Shown: positions 56,775 through 64,000 of the stretch, in pieces
Position numbering within the stretch: position 1 is the stretch's first letter
Layout of the letters: every line of letters begins with the position of its first letter
NCBI GenBank assembly: GCA_964016885.1
Contig: OZ024742.1
Location: forward strand, 260,276,001 to 260,340,000
Length of the DNA: 64,000 bases
DNA from: Eledone cirrhosa
Taxonomy: Eukaryota
Reading direction: 5' to 3'
Program-made: the position numbers and the translations under genes
The notes under the pieces: generated by a model
The model's database searches: none
What the model was told of the DNA's origin: nothing
Seen by the model: only the letters and a program-made list of their open reading frames with translations

Positions 56775-57124
56775 GTGTGTTAGATTATATAATTACAAAT
56801 GGTTTTGAACCATACTGAGAGTGAAAGATGTGTCATGTGAATAAACCTTTGTAAACTGTAAATTCACTTTCCAAATTCTGGTACATATACTCTGTGAATC
56901 CTCTCAATACCAAGTAGATGTTACTGTACACTCCTACAGATGTTACTACAACACATATATATATAGCTGGTTCATATTGACAGTTATCTTCCTCACTTTG
57001 TTTTTCTAACTATACACTTCAAAGTATACATCCATTCAAGTTTTTGGAGAATTGTTCCATGGGATGACATCATATAAGAATGACACCCATGTGCTTATTG
57101 AGCAATACCAGTTATAAATTGTAG

Positions 57125-57425
57125 TGGCACGCCATCAATTACAACAATGAGTATTCCTGTTGATGCAATCAACGGAATAGCCTGCTCGTGAAATTAAAGT
57201 GCAAGTGTCTGAGCATTCCACAAACATGTGTACCTTTAACGTAGTTCTCAGGGAGATTCAGCGTGACACAGAATGTGATAAGGCTAGCCTTTTGAATTAC
57301 AGATACAACTCATTTTTGCCACCTGAGTGGACTGGAGCAGCATAAAATAAAGTGTCTTGCTAAATGATACAGCGCACTGCTGGGATTCAAACTCACAACC
57401 TTACAATCATGAGCCATGCCCCTTC
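57125..57425 (-). mobile_element. tRNA-head SINE of a third family; related fragments at about 2410-2520, 2775-3000 and 37110-37300
   Basis: Core gcctgctcgtgaaattaa.gtgcaagtg.ctgagcattccaca..gtagttctcagggagattcagcgtgacacag, followed by tgagtggactggagca..aaataaagtgtcttgc and a B-box complement. Confidence 0.75.
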
Positions 57426-58233
57426 AACCTTGGCCTTGATATGTATGAATTTACTGTTGAACAGGCGTATACAACAATGAAAGTTTTAAAGTAAAAAGGG
57501 ATTAATTAGGGTTAGAAACAAGGAAAAAAATTACACAATGTAAAAATGAGAAGGTTAAGGGAAGAGCAGACTGTACACCCCTTGCTAGAAACTATATACC
57601 TCCAGTGGTTATTGAGCAAGGCATCCCATAGTAGATGCAGCATGGTCATGTGATTAAGATCACTTCGCAATTATTTGGTTCCAACGAATATCATTTACTA
57701 TAGCCTCTGGTCAATCCAAACCTTGTGAGTGGAATTGGGTAGACGGAAATTGTTTAGAAGCCTAAATTCAAAGGGCCAGCCTTGTCGCACACTGTGTCAC
57801 TGAATCCCCTTGAGAATCATGCTATGGGTGTATGTGTGTGGAATGCCTCTCAGTTAAATGTTTTGAGTCCATATGTCTGATGAGCAGATTAATGCTGATG
57901 CCAGCTCTATCACATTGAAGAGGATCTTGAGCCAATGATCAATGAAATATTTATAATGGTCAATATACAATAAAAACAATTTAACCTTAGGGACGCTGAA
58001 TTTTTTTTATGAATTGCTTCCCTTGATACTGCATTATGTATTAAGGGGAAATTACTCTATCAGTGACTTAATGTGCCTGGAGCCTCCAGAAGGTTAAAGT
58101 AAAACTTCATTACATCATACTTTATATATTCACTCTATTATAACATTGAATGCTCACACTGGTGCCATTTAGAGTAATCAACAACATTACTGAAAACCTT
58201 ACATATATATATATATATATGCATGCATGTATG

Positions 58234-58277
<44 letters not shown>

Positions 58278-58283
58278 TGCATG

Positions 58284-58353
<70 letters not shown>

Positions 58354-58602
58354 GGCCAAATTAGGAAGTGAGAAAACACTTCAGAGGTTTCAAGGACATC
58401 TCTAGTGTTGATATCACAATAAAATGCACCCAGTACACTCTGTAAAGTGATCAACATTAGGATCATATAACCTCCAGCTAGTCTATGAAAGCAGTGACTC
58501 TGATCAGGTCTTGTTTTAGACCTCATATCTTATCTCTGATAACAGGGAAAACCTGGTAAAATTATGCATGATATTGACAGATATAGACAGACAGATAGAT
58601 AG

Positions 58603-58633
<31 letters not shown>

Positions 58634-59389
58634 CATGATGGCTACCCCCTCGTTATCGAGTATGGCCATTGCACGATATACCATTATTAATAATTATTAA
58701 TTAATTCTACCGTGCAATGCCTGTGCGTGAAGATATTTTTTAAAGTGAGGACAGACTATGCACTGAGCCAATCCCACTCGCTGAGCGACAGTAGCTATAA
58801 CCCGAAAAGAAGAAAAGAACAACATCATCGGTAACTACTGAGCCGCAGGTTTTATATCGGAGTTATCCCAGTTTCCTGAGTTGCCTTCTCCTACATACAT
58901 ACATACATACATGCATATATACATACATGTATATATACATACATGCATATATACATACATAATGAGATAGATAGACAAACAGTTAGATAGAAAGATAGAT
59001 AAATAGTTATGGGTTCACATTTGTGGAAATTACAATTACTCAGTGGAGAAATTAAACTAGTCATGTAATAGTTATATTTCAATAAAATAAAGTTGCCTCT
59101 CTGGTTAGTGTGTTGAGTATCTTACTGTCTCTGGTTCCATTGCATTTATATACTCTTATACATACATACAAAGTATATATATGTATATATACATACATAC
59201 ATATACATACATGCACATATATATACATGCATAATATAATTTCTATGTGTGTCTATATATATATATATATATATTCTGAGTATATGTTGGTTGTTTACCA
59301 ACACCTCAGTATGCAGATTGGAGCACTCAACGAAGTACGCAGGTCGGTTTGGTTACTCCGGAGTAATGTAAAATAAAGTAATTAAGTCA

Positions 59390-59754
59390 AATATTTAAAA
59401 TTTGGCTTCGTTTATTAAAGATGTACTGCTATATATATTTTGATGACAGTCATCATTGGCTGTGACCTCTTCAGGCAGTCCGAATTGGTGTGGTAGAGAC
59501 AGGTACACATGTTGTTAAAGTGTTTTACTCCATCAATACTCCGATATGTCCAGCTCCTGGTTGGGTTGTTATTTCTCTGAGGAACAGGAGCTGGACATAT
59601 CGGAGTATTGACGGAGTAAAACACTTTAACAACATGTGTACCTGTCTCTACCACACCAATTCGGACTGCCTGAAGAGGTCACAGCCAATGATGACTGTCA
59701 CCGAAATATATATAGCAGTACATCTTTAATAAACGAAGCCAAATTTTAAATATT
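59390..59754. repeat. Near-perfect palindrome: 170-bp arms, 25-nt loop, 3 mismatches, no indels; probably PLE-derived fold-back
   Basis: 59390-59559 is the reverse complement of 59585-59754 except at 59441/59703, 59443/59701 and 59532/59612. Confidence 0.97.
59665..59719 (+). ncRNA. Minimal type I hammerhead ribozyme motif with intact core
   Basis: Stem I ACUGC/GCAGU; core CUGAAGA (59670-59676); stem II GGUcACAG/CUGUcACC; GAAA (59703-59706); palindromic stem III UAUAUAUA with predicted AUA cleavage after 59714; AATAAA just downstream. Confidence 0.85.
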
Positions 59755-59984
59755 ATACTTATACCACTACCTAAGCTTTATTGTTAGATTCATAGCAAGC
59801 TTCAGGTTGACTTTAGATCAGATGGTCCTCTGGTCAATAGGGTGAGAAAATATTGTTTGTTACGTAACTGTGGACTGCCCAGCCACTTCCTGTTAGCTTC
59901 CCACATGTGTTATATCTCATCCTCCATCTATGATAGAATATTTCATCTTTACATGAACTCATGTACATATGTATATATTATTTG

Positions 59985-60046
<62 letters not shown>

Positions 60047-60224
60047 ATATATATGTTTGTGTATTTGAGGTCATGTATGCATGTATGTGTGTGTATATGT
60101 ATGTAAATACACACACACATGTAAATATGTGCATGTGAGTGTATGTATGTATATATATGTGTGTGTGTACGTGTATGTATACACATGGGTATATATGTGC
60201 ATATATATATATATATATATACAC

Positions 60225-60259
<35 letters not shown>

Positions 60260-60305
60260 CATTTATATGTATATGTATATATATACACATACATTTATAT
60301 GTATA

Positions 60306-60358
<53 letters not shown>

Positions 60359-60834
60359 GTATATACACATATTTTATATATATATATATAGACACATACA
60401 TTCTCTTAAACACATTTTCTTTATGGTAGCTAAAAGGATGTGACTTTTATAATCACCATACAAAAACAGATCAGAAAACAAGTTTTTAAAAAAAAAAAAA
60501 CTCTGTTGTACGGTAAGACAACAAAATGTATAATAATTATTATTTGTTAATGATAATTATAAAATCTGGTGTCACTGTTGATAAACTCTTGAAGGGCAGC
60601 ATCCTGTTAGCCATATTTGGCATCCCATGCAGTCTCGTTGGTATATATATAATAAATTTACTGGTATTTTTGACATGGTCCTATTTACTTACTAGCTGGC
60701 AGCCTCTGCCACTAGTTTCTATACTCACCACCGCTCAATCCATTATTTCTCCACCCCCAGGGATAGCGGTTTCTACTACTGCCACTAGTATCCCTGACAC
60801 TAAGAGTGAGTAAATATAAATCATATGCTCTCAG

Positions 60835-61145
<311 letters not shown>

Positions 61146-61659
61146 TATTTTCTTCCTCTAATTTTCCTCCCATTCTCTCTATCCTTCCCTCGCTCTTATT
61201 TTCTCTCATCATCCTCAGTACCCACCCCCCTTTTTTTTTACAGATTCTTTCTTTCTTTCTCTCTCTTTTTCTCCTCTATTAGTTTTCTATCTATTTTTAC
61301 TTCCGTCTCTCTGTCTTCTTTCTCCCCTCTCTCCCACCTCTCTCTATCCCTCTCTTTTCCCCACTTTCTCACACTTAGTTTATATGTGTAATTCTTAAAT
61401 TTGTTTCATTGTTTTTGTTATTGTGTTTGTCCTGTGGTTTGCATTTTTGTTTCGTTATATATATATATATACATATAATGGTAGAACACTGGGTGGTTAT
61501 ATCCACAGTAGTAAAGCACTCAGTCCACGGGACGAGTTCTGTTGAAGTTAGTTCCACAACAGTTAATTAATCATTTCCGTGGACATGTGTTTCACCTTCC
61601 TTCCACAAGGTGAAACATGTGTCCTCAAAAATGGTTTATTAACTGTTATGGAACTAACT

Positions 61660-61690
<31 letters not shown>

Positions 61691-62107
61691 GTGTGTGTAT
61701 GTATGTATGTATGTATGTATGTATGTATAATGAAACAAAATTGTTATCAATCTTGTATTTATGTGTTGTTTTGATAATTAAATTGTTTCATTACTGATAT
61801 ATTAATTTCTCCTTCGTTTTTCTCCTTCCTTTTTCTCCTTCCTTTTTCTTTGGCGTTATGTTTCACCCCACATTCATTTTTACATTTCTTTAGAAATCAT
61901 TTTGTCAGAATACCAACTAAAAAGTAAAATACTGAAAAGAAGAATCTATTTTAATGTGGTTAAGATAGTTTTAAGAAAGTGAGTAAAATAAGAAAAACAA
62001 AACAAAACAAAATGACGCTTTGCATTTTTATCTTATATTTCATGAGAATTCAATATTATCACACCTCTTTCAACATATATGTATAGATAGATAGATAGGT
62101 AGATAGA

Positions 62108-62161
<54 letters not shown>

Positions 62162-62209
62162 TATCAGCATCATCACTTTTACATCCGTTCTTCCATGCTT
62201 TCATGGGTT

Positions 62210-62259
<50 letters not shown>

Positions 62260-62352
62260 GGTAAAAGCACTCAATTCATAGGACGAGTTAAGTATAATTA
62301 GTCATTGTTTTAACTAAATATATATATATATATAATAAAAGCATTGTATATA

Positions 62353-63285
62353 ATATATAACGTTGAAAGAGATTGAAGGCTAAACAATGCAAAATGGACT
62401 GTAAGATGAGGTAACGAAAAGTAAAAGTTACCTGGTAATCTTTGATTTGTTTTGTTGTTGTCCTTGTTCTTTTATCTGTCCAATATTTCGGGACCTAAAA
62501 GTCCCTTCATCGGGGTTTAAGGAACCTTAAGAGGATAACGTTCCAATTTCCTCTCTTTGGGATAAAATTTTGATTTTGATTTAAATTTCTATCACTGGCT
62601 TTAATGGTAATAATTTCTACATTTGTCAATGTGTTTTTTGAATGTTGATGCACGTCTGTTGAGGTATTCTTTAATGCGAGCATGGAGTGTTCGAGTCATG
62701 CTACCAATGTAGAACTCCTTACATTTGTTGCATTCAATCCGGTATACCACATGTGTCCGCTGGCACATACCTTTATCGCGGATAGGGCAGTTAGTCAGCA
62801 AGCATTGATTGTTGTTGGCAACTTAGGAATTAAGGAAGCTTTGCTCATACGTCGACTCAACCCATAAATAAATAATAGATTAGAACTCAGCACACAGTAC
62901 TTGACATAAAAAGACACACCCACAGGCACACAAACTAAACATCTCATCCAAAAAAGAAAATTGATTTTGCGAAATACTATATTGACAATTGACATCATTC
63001 ATGTGGAAAGCGAAGTAACCATCAAAAAACTCTTGAAAACGACTTAGAAAAAATTTAAATCAAAATCGAAATTTTATCCCAAAGAGAGGAAATTGGAACA
63101 TTATCCACTGAAGGTTCCTGAAACCCTGATGAAGGGATGACTTTTAGATCCTGAAATGTTGGACAGATAAAATAACAAGAACAAAACAAAACAAAGATTA
63201 CCAAGTAATTTTTACTTTTCGTTACCTCATCTTACAGTCCATCTTGCATTGTTTTGCCTTCTATCTCTTTCAATGTTATATATAT
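62353..63285. mobile_element. Penelope-like element (GIY-YIG) with inverted terminal copies of its 3' region
   Basis: Minus 62601-62801 encodes C..C..VVYRIECNKCKEFYIGSMTRTLHARIKEY (GIY-YIG). Plus 62800-62905 encodes NLGIKEALLIRRLNP*INNRLEL (endonuclease C-terminus). 62355-62590 and 63048-63283 are reverse complements. Flanked by (TA)n. Confidence 0.9.
63124..63162 (+). ncRNA. Minimal hammerhead-like motif in the PLE 3' region
   Basis: ccCTGATGAagggatgacttttagatcctGAAAtgttgg. The inverted copy at 62480-62515 (-) reads ccCCGATGAagggacttttaggtcccGAAAtattgg, with a perfect stem II but a U4C core change. Confidence 0.65.
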
Positions 63286-64000
63286 ATATGAAGCTTGCGA
63301 TATATATGATTGTTTGGGGAAAGTCGATACATTGCAAATTGGAAATGCATGAGTGAAAACTAAAGTGGATTAAAGTAAGAACAACTAAACAAAAAATAAT
63401 TTAAACTTTTACTTTACATTTCCTGATATATTGAGGCTAGGACCTCTTTTTCAAAAGAAAAGAATCAGAGTATGTTGTCGGGAGCTGTCCTCTGCTGTAG
63501 TGGAATTATTTATTTAGTAGCCACTTCAAGATAACTGTAAAAGTTGTTTCCCTGTTTTATATTTAGCAGTTTAATTATGAAATCAGCTTCTATGGTTTTC
63601 AGTTACTTACCTAAGTGTTTTAAATGGGATTATAACTGAAATTTTGCAATGTCAGTTGGCATAATTGGCATACTATCTCTTGTATGTTTAGGTTGACATA
63701 TATGTTGACATATAGTCACTGTTGACAGTGTCAGTTGACATACAATCTGATATGTTTCAACTGACATAAACGACTTGTTCATTTAAAGTTATCTATCAAT
63801 ATGCTCATTTCTTCCACACTAATCAAAAAGCAAGGAAGATTTGTACATGGTTGTATTAAATCTTGACAATTATATTTGACCAAGCTATGTGACATTAATA
63901 TTTAATACTATGTTAAACCTTTGATAACAACCTTGCTGAAACTGTTGTGGTTTAATTATGTAAAACTGACCATACTTATATTAAAACCTGCCATCATAAT

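Noticed and set aside
59415-59729. Two near-identical 79-aa ORFs on opposite strands
   Set aside because: A direct consequence of the palindrome; no splice signals or recognisable domain.

Overview
AT-rich, microsatellite-dense eukaryotic DNA. The tRNA-head SINE, RTE LINE and (TA)n content is typical of a coleoid cephalopod, most likely Octopus (inference). The only well-supported host coding sequence is two consecutive phase-1 exons on the + strand (40497-40577 and 42778-43062). They splice in frame to give a Pro-rich linker plus a complete fibronectin type III domain resembling the membrane-proximal FN3 of Turtle/Borderless (IgSF9-like) neural adhesion proteins. Most of the window is therefore probably intron or flank of that gene. 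Repeats include an 8.9-kb 50-bp satellite with higher-order structure, several minisatellites, RTE and R4/Dong LINE relics, many SINEs and piggyBac-type MITEs. The most notable signal is a set of Penelope-like (PLE) fold-back elements carrying minimal hammerhead ribozyme motifs. One is a near-perfect 170-bp-arm palindrome (59390-59754) with an intact hammerhead on the + strand and a G12-mutated copy on the - strand. Most ORFs in the supplied track are microsatellite artefacts. Coordinates of degenerate repeats are approximate, and no database search was run.
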